From the NCBI RefSeq assembly GCF_006345805.1, contig NC_043002.1, positions 98,704,001 through 98,768,000 of the forward strand: a stretch of DNA of 64,000 nt. The letters run 5' to 3'. Position numbers and translations under genes: made by a program. This stretch comes from Octopus sinensis. Its lineage: Eukaryota. The notes beneath the pieces are model-generated. The model saw only the letters and a list, made by a program, of their open reading frames with translations, ran no database searches and was not told the DNA's origin. Below, in pieces: positions 37,688 to 50,345 of the stretch (position 1 is the stretch's first letter; each line of letters begins with the position of its first letter).

Positions 37688-38921
37688 CAGGGTACGTAAG
37701 GTATATGAGGAGATACCTTTTTTGGGTCATTGCTGCATTGTTTCATAAAATAATAATGGCAGACCCTTAACTTACTCAAGAAATGAAGAGGCATGCTGTT
37801 ATTGTTGTTATAAAGGCGGAGCATAGCGATTTAGAAATATCTCGATATTTACAAGTTGCTAGATCTGTCGTCTACAAAGTTTGTAAGGAGCTAGAGACTG
37901 AAGATGGAAACGCATCACCAGTATCACAGCATAAAAAGTATTCTAAACGCTCTGAAATCATCTGAAGACATGAATTCATCCATTAAATTCAACAGACCAT
38001 TGATTACAATCCTAGAAAGTCCATGAAGTCAATTGCAAAAGATCTCCATGTGCCAGAATGAACAGTCAGAAATATTGTTCACGAAGACATCAGATATAAG
38101 TCTTATATGATGAGGAAAGGTCAATTTGTCAGAAAAAGCAAAAGAAAATCACTACATGAGATCTAAAAGGCTCTAAAACAAACTGAAGAATCCAGCGCAA
38201 GAAGATTTGATTTCGTTTTTCTCAAATGAGAAAAACTTCGACCAAGATCAAAGAGTTAACAGAAGAAATGACAGATGGTTATGTGCAGACCCTTTTGAAG
38301 TTTCAAGTGTAATGCATACAAAATTTCCAGTCACTGTCATGGTTTTAGGAGTTGTCAGCAATGAAAGACATGTGATACCACCTTATTTCTTTCTTCAAGG
38401 CCTTAGAGTTAGCTCTGCGACCTACATTGTGGGCATGGAAATAATTGTCAAGCCCTGGATAGTGTATGCAATGGAAGCCTAAATGTGTTTCAGTAAGAGT
38501 CTGCACTATCACACATGGCTCTAGTAACACAGGAATGGATGACCGAAAAGTTTGATGATCACATAGCCCCTAACATTTGGCCTCCTAATTCCCCAGATCT
38601 CAATCCATTGGACTATTACATTTGGAGTATTATTGAGAACGAGGTCAATGAACACGCCCAATAACACCAAAGATTCTTTGAAAGCTGCTATAGTCAAAGT
38701 AATGTCCAAAATGAACCGGAACCACTTGATCCGAGCATGTAGATGATTTAGATCTCATATAGAAGCAGTTGTTGAAGCTGAAGGTGGCTTTATTGAATAA
38801 CATTACAAAGAAGAAGGTTTATTTTTATCCTCATTGCATTTTTTAATAAATAAAGTTATCTCTTATAAATTTGTTTTTTTTTATAAGCATAAATCTGTCC
38901 TCAAATATCTTACGCACTCTG
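37688..38921 (+). mobile_element. Full-length (1234 bp) but inactivated DD37D (maT) Tc1/mariner transposon
   Basis: TA TSD on both sides; 26-bp TIRs, 21/26 identical (CAGGGTACGTAAGGTATATGAGGAGA). Transposase from 37783 has stops. Motifs are FSNEKNF (first D changed to N) and E followed after 37 residues by the D of WPPNSPDLNPLDY. Confidence 0.92.
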
Positions 38922-39098
38922 TATATATAGGCGTAGGTGTGACTGTGATAAGAAGATTTCTTCCCAACCACATGGTTCTGGGTTCAGTCCCATTGCGTGG
39001 CACCTTGAGTAAGTGTCTTCTACTATAGCCTCGAGCCGACCAAAGCCTTGTAAGTGGATTTGGTTGACGGAAACTGAAAGAAGCTTGTCGTATATATG

Positions 39099-39119
<21 letters not shown>

Positions 39120-39132
<13 letters not shown>

Positions 39133-41479
39133 AAAAAAATAAACTTGAGAATGTGTGTGTGTGTGTGTGTGTCTGTCTGTCTGTCTGTGTGAATCCTTAA
39201 AACTTGAGAACTACATAACCAATTTCATTCAAATTTTACACATGCCTTACTTAGGGTCCATGTAGTGTCCAGTGGCCCAGCAACAAAATTTGCTAAGGGG
39301 GTGCAAGCCCAAGTCCTAATTTTATAATGATAAATGTGGATGTTTCCAATGTTAATATTAAAGCAAATGCAGGTATAATAATAATTTTTATTATTATGAG
39401 GGTCGGCTGAAATGTTCATAATCTGAGCAAGACACTCTCAATGGAATGTGACCAAATGAAGTTCATTTTCTAACATAGTTCCTCTTACTGTCCACACGCT
39501 TCCATAAGCAGTTGCAGTGCTTGGGTCGCAGTGGTGAAGAAGCTTTTCTGTTGATCAAAATGGTCATCAACAACAGATAAGATGTTCTCATCACAGTGAT
39601 ACTGGTGCTCAGCTGAGTGTTTTTCTATGTTGGGAAACAGATGATAAGATGAGAGAGGACAAAAACCTTCAAACATTTTCAGCATTGCAAGATTTTGGAG
39701 TTATTTTTGTCAGAATAGAGCTGTCTTCAAGAATCCAAGTAATGCTATGTATTGAAGAGTAGCCGTAGATGCTGGCCATGTTGTTGTTCTTGTTGTTTGC
39801 TGCTACTGTTGTTGTTGTCATATACTTTTTATTTTGACGCTACTTTGCTTCTGAAGTTGGTTAGTCATAAATTCCCTTGGGAATTTTAAGCCCAGCTTCA
39901 TCACTTTTATTTATTTATTTTTGTTCTTTGTTTTTGCTTTGAAACGAAATCTAGCTTCAAGTATCTTCTACACATAATTTGTTAGACACTATTTTCTGAA
40001 ACTGGTAAAATTATGTAGGGGGTGCAAATTTTGATCTTGCACCACCTGAAAATTCCAAGAGGTGCAGGTGCAGCCGCTGCACCCCCTGTTCCCGGGTCCT
40101 TGGTAGTGTCACGGGTAAAAAAAATTAACTTTTTGCCTTGGGCGAGCCCACAGCAATATCATATCTTCTCCACTATTTCAGTATTACGTGTCAAAAGTGA
40201 AACAAAAACATCCCTCTATTGTCATAGGTTAAAAATATTGAATGGATCTTTACGAAATTTGGAAATTATATTCTATGCATAAGGGCCATAAGCCCCATGA
40301 CAATTCATGTTTTTGCTGTTGAAATTTTAACCATACATAGACACAAATGAAGTAATATTTATAAAATTTCATCATCTTAGAAGTTAGAAAGACCCCTTCA
40401 TGGGGACTTAACACCCACAATTTACTCATTTAATCTAAGCAAAGATGAATAAAGTTGTACTCTTGGAAGCTATAGGGTCACCCGAGCATAAAAGATGAGC
40501 ATTATTTGTAATTCAATGGTACAACAGTATAAGAGTTTGCTTTGAGATATACTTAGATTGTGATTTCTGCAATGTGCTGCATAAATTGTCAAGTAAATGA
40601 GAGGCATCTTTGCCTCCACAAATTCAGTTGCAAAGTGTTGAGTAAAGTTATTTGGTTGCAGACCTCATTTCAGTCTTTTTATTATCACTGGGTCACACAT
40701 AGTCCCCAGATGGTAACATTGATTTCAAGGCCTTCCCAGATGAGTGACTGGTTATTCAAAGACATTTATAGATTGTAAATTTATTCTGTCCAGTTACGTA
40801 TCAGTATAGTGGTCATTTGCAAACTCCAGAGGTGACACTTTCATTTCTCCTTAGCCCTCATGTCACACAGTTGTTAATGTTTATTTCAGTTGGGTCACAC
40901 CCTTCCAATTGCTATAGATTCATAATGCATCTTACAGCTGTGCCTGTCACCTGGATGGTGAGGATTCCTACATTGAGAGTGGTAACGACTAGGGTAGGGT
41001 AGCAGACTGCTTATTGTGATCATTCGTCTTTTGGTTCCTTGTAGCTTTGCTCTCTTTTACAAACCAAGTGAACATACATATATTTCCTATTTCAATGAAA
41101 TTCAAACAATAGATATAAGACCCAAGTTAAAAACATTCCCAAGAATTCAACTTCTCTGCTTGACATTAAGACACCCACCCCCAATAGGGGCCTTAACTCA
41201 CACATTTTAGAGCTCCATGACCTCCATTTTTCAGGATCAAAATCCTTTTAACGGGTTCTATAAAACTGGAATTTTGGAATCTGTACATAAAAATCAGTAG
41301 TATAGGATACATGTGTCGTGATTACTATTTCTTTAGGGTGTGTAAAGAGGGAAAGAACCCTCGTCTGCAATTTTGATGAAATTCAAATCATAGCTATTTC
41401 AGTTCATTACCGAAAATATAATAGAAAAGTCTACTTCTTCAATTGCATGTAACACGGACAATGCCGGTATCTCTGCTAG
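39120..41479 (+). mobile_element. Probable non-autonomous Helitron carrying nested insertions
   Basis: 5' TATATAAAA...(TG)n(TCTG)n region typical of animal non-autonomous Helitrons. 3' end ACACGGACAATGCCGGTATCTCTGCTAG|T at 41476-41479. Linkage of the two ends is inferred. Confidence 0.55.
39270..40102. mobile_element. hAT-type non-autonomous element with 8-bp TSD
   Basis: GTAGTGTC at 39262-39269 and 40103-40110. Termini CAGTGGCCCAGCAAC / CAAGGACCCGGGAAC (10/15 match). Confidence 0.82.
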
Positions 41480-41504
41480 TATATATATATATATATATAT
41501 TTGT

Positions 41505-41886
41505 ATCCTTTTATTAATTCATTTGTTTCAATCATTTGACTGCGGTCATGCTGGTGCACCGCATTCAAGTGTTTTTGTTGAACAATTCGACTCCAAGACT
41601 TATTTTAAAGCCTAGTACTTGTTCTATCGGTCACTTTGCCGAATCGCTAAGTTACGGGACGAAAAGACACCAACACCGGTTGTCAAGCGAAGTGGTGGTT
41701 GACAAATACACACACACACACACGACGAGCTTCTTTCAGCCAAATCCACTCACAAGGCTTTGGGTCAGCCCGGGGGCTTCAGTAGAAGACACTTGCCCAC
41801 GGCGCCTTGCAGTGGGGGTTGAACCCAGAACCATGTGGCTGGAAAGCAAGCGATGCGACGAACGACGGCTTCCACAGGGTCATAAA
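41505..41886 (-). mobile_element. SINE family A variant with replaced 5' head
   Basis: Family A tail and core in reverse; the head diverges upstream of CTTGCTTTCCAGCCACATGG. Confidence 0.72.
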
Positions 41887-42012
41887 CGATCCTTCGTCGG
41901 CTTCGACAATGAATATATCTCGTCGGCTGACCCACTGAGCTACTTACTCATTAAATGAACGTGTAAACGACTGAGTATCTGGCCATGAGTACACACCTAC
42001 TTATATACTCTA

Positions 42013-42408
42013 CTAGCAGTATCGCCCGGCGTTGCTCGGGTTTGTAAGGGAAATAACTATATAAGCATTTTTAGAGAGTTATAGCCAAAAAATAGCAAAA
42101 AAATGCGTTAAAAATGGAAAAAAATGATGGTAAATTTTTTTAAAAGTCGTTGACTCATCGTAGAAATTTTTAGAGAGTTACTTCCCTTATATAATAGCGA
42201 AAAAAATGCATTAAAATGGAAAAAATGAAGGTAAATTTTTTTTAAATCGTAGACTCATCGTAGACGCGCGCTAATACCCAGAAGGACTCGATATGAATCA
42301 CGACTATAAGATACCCGGTTTTGGTTAAACTGTACCGCAAAATGTGGGAGTAGTTAGGAATCTAAATCGTAGGAGACTGACACACAACTTCACTTTTATA
42401 TATAAAGA
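42013..42408 (-). mobile_element. Non-autonomous Helitron (~396 bp)
   Basis: Minus strand A|TC...CCCGAGCAACGCCGGGCGATACTGCTAG|T; sister of 33665-34061. Confidence 0.9.
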
Positions 42409-43134
42409 TATATTTCTTGTGTGCATATGAAAACCTGCGTACATATTTGTGCGCTCGCGCGTGTGCATGTGTGAGTATGTGTGTGCCTGTAGGTAATTTA
42501 ACAACTGTCTTTTTTTCTTAAAATATATTTTTAACGTTATTGATTCCTGGTTAGGTTTGAGGAACTTAATATTTCTTCCACAAAGCCTTTTCTAATCCAT
42601 TTCTATTAAAAAAAGGTAGATTCATAAAAGCATTTGTATTGATTTTCATTATGGACACGTGTTCTTTTAATATAAGTTCACAGGCAGTATCAGCATCAAG
42701 GTGGAATTATATGGTTTATAGGTAGAATCTAATCAATGTGCTTCCATAAGTTTTCATGAACTCGATTTCACTGTCAGGGATTCGGTCGGATCAAATCTGT
42801 GAGAAAAGGCAGCTGTTTAAGATGCTGCACTGCAGGATCGAACCTGTAACTTTATGATTACAAAGTGAAGTTATTCACCACGCAGCCATGTCTGCAATCG
42901 TAAGGTTTGGTAAAGGTAATTATTGCGTGACCTTATCAGTGAAAAGAGGGGGAGGAGGAGAGAAGGGGAGGAAGGGGATGATGAAAACGAGGAAGAGAAT
43001 GAAGAGAGGAGGAAAGATAAGGAGGAGAAGGATGACGAGGAGATGAAGGAGGAGGAGGAGGAGGAGAAGAAAATGAAGGAAAGTCTTGTGTAGAATTGTC
43101 TCTACACATTGTAGAGTAGTAGCAATATGAAATG

Positions 43135-43165
<31 letters not shown>

Positions 43166-43230
43166 GTAGAGAGAGATAGAGAGATAGATAGATAGATAGT
43201 GAGAGATGGATAGATAGATAGGTGGGTAGG

Positions 43231-43262
<32 letters not shown>

Positions 43263-43962
43263 GAGAGAGAGGGAGAGCGTTAAATGCAACTACTCTTTGT
43301 GCACTTCTCTCGCTCTCTCCGACGAAGGATCAAACCCGAAACGTCAGATTCCGCCTGTCTCCTCATATCATAGAAACATATCGACACGCATGAATATCCA
43401 TCTATATAAATGTGTGTGTGTTTGTAAGTGTGTGCATCTGCGTGTGTGTGCGTGTGTGTAGTGCATGTGCATGTATGTGCTGAATATATATCTATCCTCG
43501 TGAGACACTGAATGCTGTGGTTGATCGTCGATTCAAGCTATTGCTGATAATAACAATGTGACCCTTAACAAATACCTAGATGAAGGATGAATCAAAAAAT
43601 TACGCTTCTTTCCTATAATAGCGACATCTGTAACTGCAGTGAAGCAGGTTATATAATACTTCAACTATTGTGACTCAATGTTCAAAGTAAACATTACTTA
43701 AATAAACATCTATTATGATAGACAATACGACAAGCTGTGTCTGCTCGGTGACAACTACAATAGCAACCGTTTCTTTTGAACTTGCTGATTGTAAAACAAT
43801 CAACCGTTTCTTTTGAACTTGCTGATTGTAAAACATTTATGACCCTGTGGAAGTCGTCGTTCGTCGCATCGCTTGCTTTCCAGCCACATGTTTCCGGGTT
43901 CAACCCCCACTGCAAGGCGCCGTGGGTAAGTATCTTCTACAGAAGCCTCCGGGTTGACCAAA

Positions 43963-44294
43963 GCGGGGACTGAAAAGTTCCTGGTTTTAAGGGTGTCGCG
44001 AAAAGCCTGGTTGGAGGCCCAAACTTCCAAGTTCTTTTACAGGGCTTAGAAAAATTGAAGGAACTCAGAACGTAACGGCAGACGAAATACCGCTTAGCAT
44101 TTCGCCCGGCGTGCTAACGTTTCTTATTTCTTTATTGCCCACAAGGGGCTAAACATAGAGGGGACAGACATAGGTATTAAGTCGATTAGAAAGTGTGTGA
44201 GTCTGAGAGGGGAATATGTTGAGTGAAATCGTAATTAACTGATCCTTCTCTATTCTCTTTTACTCAAAGCCAGGAACTTTTCAGCAATCCTTCG
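43963..44294. mobile_element. mariner-type MITE interrupted by a family C SINE fragment (~44066-44190)
   Basis: Both halves match the reverse complement of 32100-32320; right end CTTCG|TA. Confidence 0.78.
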
Positions 44295-44808
44295 TAAAAC
44301 TATGAATAAGTTAACCTTTTTTTTTGGGGGGGGGGACACTTGACAAGCTGGAAACAACAGCCAAATATTATGTCACACAATTTCATGTTACCATCATAAA
44401 ACAGGTAAGGACACGTCGGATGATAGTCATAAAGTACACAAGTGTAATAAGCGAAAAAACACACACACAAACAAAAGAGACACGAAGACTTTGACTGGAG
44501 CGTCTTTGATCATAGGATCAGCTTGTTTGATAAGGGCTACACAACAACAACAACAAAAACAGAAACAACAACAACAACATTGACAACACCGATAAAAACA
44601 ACTGCAACAATAACAACTACAATAATCCCTCGTCGTATCTCGGTTCATCTATCGAGGTTCACGTATTACGGTTTACCGAACCGATCGTGGTTTATTATCT
44701 AAGCTTACGTCGATTCCTCCTTAGTGTTATTTTGCCTTTATAATATTTATAAATATATACCAATTATATATAAAAAAAAAATATAAAATATATATATATA
44801 TGCAGTAT

Positions 44809-44971
44809 AGGCGCAGGAGTGGCTGTGTGGCAAGTAGCTTGCTTACCAACCACATAGTTACGCGTTCAGTCCCACTCCGTGTCACCTTGGGCAGCTGTTT
44901 TCTACTAAAGCATCGGGCCGACAAAGTCTTGTGAGTGGATTTGGTAGACGGAAACTGAAAGAAGCCCGTCG

Positions 44972-45020
<49 letters not shown>

Positions 45021-45057
45021 TCAATATATATATACATATATGTGTATATATATATAT

Positions 45058-45104
<47 letters not shown>

Positions 45105-45147
45105 ATATAATATATATATATATATGTATATATATATGTATATATAC

Positions 45148-45194
<47 letters not shown>

Positions 45195-45456
45195 ATATAT
45201 ATATATTTATTATATATATATATATATATATATTTATGTATGTATGTTTGTGTGTCTGTGTTTGTCTTCCCAACATCGCTTGACAACCGATGCTGGTGTA
45301 TTTTCGTCCTCATCACTTAGCGGTTCGGCAAAAGACACCGATAGAATAAGTTCTAGGCTTACAAAGAATAAGTCCTGGGGTCGATTTGCTCGACTAAAGT
45401 CCGTGCTCCAGCATGGCCGCAGTCAAATGACCGAAACAAGTAAAAGAGTAAAAGAG
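44809..45456 (+). mobile_element. SINE family A with ~270-bp internal (TA)n expansion
   Basis: Complete head and tail. Confidence 0.88.
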
Positions 45457-45714
45457 TAGTGTTTTTACTTCGCAGATCTTCATCTATCGCGGGTTGAAGG
45501 GGGTTGGAACGTAACTACAACGATAGCCGAGGGATTACTGTACACTGTAACACAGCAACACCGACAATAACCACAGCAACAACTGTAACAACTACAACAA
45601 CTACAACAATAACTACAAGAACATAAACAACAACAACAACAACACTAACAAACGTGTGAATTTCACATGAATTCCTGATTCATTTATGCCTAGAGTGAGT
45701 TTGGTCAGTAAGCG

Positions 45715-46462
45715 GCGGTGGAGGCAGCGATTTTGGCGGCAGCGGCGTTGGCAGCAGCGGCGGTGGCAGCAGCGGCGGTGGAGGCAGCGGCTTTGGCGGC
45801 AGCGGTGGTGGAGGCAGCGGTGGTGGTGGCAGCGGCGGTGGAGGCAGCGGTGGTGGTGGCAGCGGCGGTGGAGGCAGCGATGGTGGCGGCAGCGGCGTTG
45901 GCGGCAGCAGCGGTGGCGGCAGCGGTGGTGGCGGCAGCGGTGGTGGCGGTAGCGGTGGTGGTGGCAGCGGCGGTGGAGGCAGCGGTGGTGGTGGCAGCGG
46001 CGGTGGAGGCAGCGGCTTTGGCGGCAGCGGTGGTGGAGGCAGCGGTGGTGGCGGCAGCGGTGGTGGTGGCAGCGGCGGTGGAGGCAGCGGTGGTGGTGGC
46101 AGAGGCGGTGGAGACAGCGATGGTGGCGGCAGCGGCGTTGGCGGCAGCAGCGGTGGCGGCAGCGGTGGTGGCGGCAGCGGTGGTGGCGGTAGCGGCGCTG
46201 GCTGCAGTGGCGGTGGAGGTAGCGGTGGTGGCGGCAGTGGCGGCAGTGGCGGTGGAGGCAGCAGTGATGGCGGCAGCGGCGGTGGCGGCAGTGGCGGTGG
46301 TGGCAGGGGCGGTGGAGGAAGCGGCGGTGGAGGCAGCGGTGGTGGAGGCAGCGGTGGTGGAGGCAGCGGCGGTGGTGGCAGGGGCGGTGGAGGAAGCGGC
46401 GGTGGCGGCAGCGGCGGTGTTGGCAGTGGCGGCGGAGGCAGCGGCGGTGGTGGCGGCAGTAG
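45715..46462. repeat. GC-rich 15-nt-period tandem array (GCGGCGGTGGAGGCA-type units)
   Basis: Direct reading; includes a block repeated at 240-nt offset (45841-45955 vs 46081-46195). Confidence 0.9.
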
Positions 46463-46689
46463 TAGCAAAGCAACGACACCTATACCCGACACAGCAATGA
46501 GCACCACAGTTCCCTTTTAACCCCTAAAGCAATAGGGTTTTCATAGCCGGCAGGTACACCTTTGATGAAAAGTTTGCTCGGGCAAAGCTGAGCTGGGGCA
46601 ATACAACAACATGTGCACAAAAAACCCAATTAAGTTTGTACTAAAATATCTAAAGAAAAAGGTAAAGAGTCAAAAGATTGCAGCTAGAA

Positions 46690-46958
46690 AGTTCCCCTCC
46701 GAAGTACAAGTCCGAGCAAGGTTGTTTTGTGGAAGACCAGCAGCCGCCCCTATATACCAGCCTCTCCTCTCCACGCCACCGATGTTATCAATGGAAAAGG
46801 CAAAGACCGATACAGCTTGGCACCCGTGACATCACAACTCATTTATAGAGCCGAGCGAACAGGAGCAACGTGAAATAAAGCGCCTTGCTCAAAAACACAA
46901 CACAGAACCCGGTCCAGGTATCGAACTTACTACTTCATGATTGTGACCCCAACACCTT
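46690..46958 (-). mobile_element. tRNA-derived SINE (family D head, body type 1)
   Basis: Reverse complement has a B box AGTTCGATACC and TTGAGCAAGGCGCTTTATTTCACGTTGCTCC core shared with the 47036 copy. Confidence 0.72.
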
Positions 46959-46996
46959 ATTTAAAATTGCATTATATATACATACATACATACATA

Positions 46997-47030
<34 letters not shown>

Positions 47031-47035
47031 GAGAG

Positions 47036-47353
47036 GGCGCGTGGCTTAGTGGTTAGGGCATTCGGCTCATGATCGTAAGGTTGTGAGTTCGATTCCCGGC
47101 GACGCGTTGTGTCCTTGAGCAAGACACTTTATTTCACGTTGCTCCAGTCCACTCAGCTGGCAAAAATGAGTTGTACTTGTATTTCAAAGGGTCAGCCTTG
47201 TCACTCTCTGTGTCACGCGGATTATCCCCGAGAACTACGTTAAGGGTACACGTGTCTGTGGAGTGCTCAGCCACTTACACGTTAATTTCACGAGCAGGCT
47301 GTTCCGTTGATCGTATCAGCTGGGACCCTCGTCGTCGTAACCGGCGGAGTCTT
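47036..47353 (+). mobile_element. tRNA-derived SINE (family D head, body type 2)
   Basis: A box TGGCTTAGTGG, B box GAGTTCGATTCC, core GTGTCCTTGAGCAAGACACTTTATTTCACGTTGCTCC. Confidence 0.85.
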
Positions 47354-47370
47354 AAAGAAAAAGAAAAGAA

Positions 47371-47459
<89 letters not shown>

Positions 47460-48516
47460 AAGTTAATAAGAAAAAGACAATATTAGCTCATTAATATCAT
47501 TTTAATCTTATCGGCAAGGCTCATGCAGATATCTCGGGATAAGTTTTGGTTTGAGTGGCCCTGTAAATCTTCAACTTTACTGGGCTCACGACAGCAATGA
47601 TGAGAGAATTACTAGGTAGGTATACAATAAAGTGCACTAATAGGCGTAGGAAATTAACAGCATATACTAAAAATAAATTGAGGTTCATCTATTCATTAGT
47701 GAGAAATTACATCTATTTGTTAACGTAAGTACAGTGAATCAAATGAAAGTTTCCAGTTGTAAGGGAGATAACTCTCATGACACTATTAATAACGAGACGT
47801 TATCGTTCAGACAACGTCACAAATTTATAAAGTCTGCATGAAAGATTTACGATTGTAACCTTTAGAATTCAGATTACTCCGTCAAAAGTAATACTTATCT
47901 ATTCACATTATTTTGAATAGTTCATGCATTATTTTGTAACGTCGACATTTTGATGATATGATTGTATATTTTTAGAACGACATTGTAGGATAGGTATGCG
48001 AAGCTACATCTGGCCAGTTTGAACATGAAGCAGGTACAATATTTGGGCCAGATGTGGCCGATTTAAGCACAAATGGGTTACATTTAGAAAACGTTTGGTA
48101 CTTACCCAGGCCACATAATCGATCCTTGTAGGAATAAAGAATAGAAAAATATGAACGGAATCCTTGAAAACATAGTCGGACAACACTAAGAATATACATA
48201 AGAATATACGTTTGAAATTTGGTTTTCTGCTCACCCGTTTTTTTTTTTACCACAAGCCACATTGCGGTTAAAGGACATGCTAGAAGTAGCAGCTAAGCCT
48301 GTTCAGATCACTCTCCACTACTTTCAAAATATGAAGGACACTGTATAATGTAATTGCTGTAATTCACTTCGAGATGCAAAATTGTTAGTATAACAATAAT
48401 TTATAACTGTGGAAATAGACACGAAATTTGGTGGTCGTAGGTTCGATCTATCCTTGCATATAAAAGCTAGGAAATGTATGGATACTCTACCAATTTTGCA
48501 TAACCACTGACTTTTT

Positions 48517-48556
<40 letters not shown>

Positions 48557-48688
48557 GCTACCACCACCACCACCACCACCACCACCACAACCACTACCAC
48601 CACCACCACCACCACCACCACCACCACCACCACCACCACCACCGCCACCACCGCCACCACCACACCCCACCACCACCACCACCACACC

Positions 48689-48762
<74 letters not shown>
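48517..48762. repeat. Compound (ACT)n-(ACC)n-(ACT)n microsatellite
   Basis: Direct reading. Confidence 0.95.
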
Positions 48763-48764
<2 letters not shown>

Positions 48765-48765
<1 letters not shown>

Positions 48766-50345
48766 AGAGTAGGCCCATTCACACGATCCATTTTTCTCAA
48801 TATTCATCCACCTTGCAACAAAATTCCTGGAGGGCAGTACTTCTCTCTCTACCCTCACTTTCCTTTTCAAGTGGGACTTAAAAAAGTCGATGAGGGCTCC
48901 GCCGAAGTGGAAAGTGTCTGTCTACAATCCTTGCAGCCTCGTCTACCACACTACCTCTTTCGTTATAGCCACTAGGCAGAGGAAAATTGCCTTTCTCTCC
49001 CGGCCAAAAGAAGGCGGCGCGGCGATACTCCCAATGGATTCAGTTGCCAACCGGATCCATCCTACACGTGACAACAGCTGTTCGACAAAGCTCCACAAGT
49101 CAGTAACGCACGGACACTGGACGAGTGCATGCAGGACGGTTTCATCGCCCTACGTACATCTCGGACAGGTCCATCTGAAAGCACTTCCATATCTATAGAG
49201 CTTTCTCGAACCGGTAGAGCTCTCCGGTAGTATTGCCAGGCCAGTGATTTCTGGAACTTATCCATAGGCCCTGGCCCTAAAGTCCTCTGGAAAAGACCAG
49301 TCAATTGATCCCTCTCGACACCCAGAGTTTCCCCGAATACATCGTCACTCTTTCCCTCTACTAATCCCCTATAGAACTCTATAGTAGAACTTCTACTGAT
49401 CGCGTTGCTCGACTGGCAGAAGGCTGTGAGCGCTTGCCGACACTCTAGTTGCTAAGCGCCCTTTCTTGATCTGCGCTTGAACCAGGACTGTAACTCCGTC
49501 AGTGAGACGAGCTGCAGAAAGTCCCGTTTGACGAACGGCAACGGTACTTGCTCACCGTTAAGGAAACGCTGGAGATGACCAAGCCTCAGCGCATGTCTGC
49601 ATATCCTTAGCCATGGCATGCCCAGTGCTCCACTTAACGGCTGTTGACAGCAGATGGACCGCCTGACGAGCGGAACATGTCCCTTCCATAGGAAGTGGAG
49701 GAGCAAGCGCTCCAACTTTATCAGGCACGAAGTGGTGTAAAGGACGACGGTCAGGTGGTAGAAGATGACGGAAGCGATGTACGCATTCGCCACCTCCACT
49801 CGTCCTTTCAGGGACAGGCTCCTCTCTGCCCATTTCTGGGTGAGATTGGCTACCTCCACCTAGTTCTAGTCCACCTCCAGGTGGACTAGAACAAATTCGC
49901 CGGGAAGGACGCGTTCAGCTTCCAATATCCTGGGCCCCGTCTATGGATCCGACGACTTTGAAATGTGGATAACTTATACTACTTCTATCTACATCTGGAA
50001 ATCCTCTTTAGGCTTGCCCATGTTCACATTGGCTCATTTGGGAAATCCGGTCGGTACCTGTTAGCCAACTGGAAGTGACTGATCAGGCTTGCGAAGCTTT
50101 TACTCCCCCTCTCAGCTAATTCCACTCTATACAGGCGTGCGCCAAGATGGCGTTCCAGTCATTCACTAACATTAAAGAGCGTGATGTCCCAAGAGAAACC
50201 TCCAAACGTCTGAAGAAATCTGGCTGCCCCACCCCGTGGGACGTAAACAGCGACTAGTCTAAAGGCATCACATTCACTGTCGCTCACGTCCAGGACCACC
50301 AACTTACTCCCCAGGTCCAGGAACTTTGGAGGCAGGGGGTTCGTA
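48765..50345 (-). mobile_element. Tx1/L1-type LINE relic lacking the RT domain
   Basis: Minus strand: APE endonuclease segment (GKLVVLDV...FRLVAVY...DFFRRLE), GPGYWKLN at about 49915-49940, then directly the post-RT region (KWAERSLSLKGRVEVAN...FLWKG) and the C-terminal CPRC...ETVLHALVQC knuckle. Confidence 0.85.

Noticed and set aside
40880-41000. Minus-strand TLNVG...WKG resembling the start of an RTE endonuclease
   Set aside because: Similarity too short and interrupted to support without a search.
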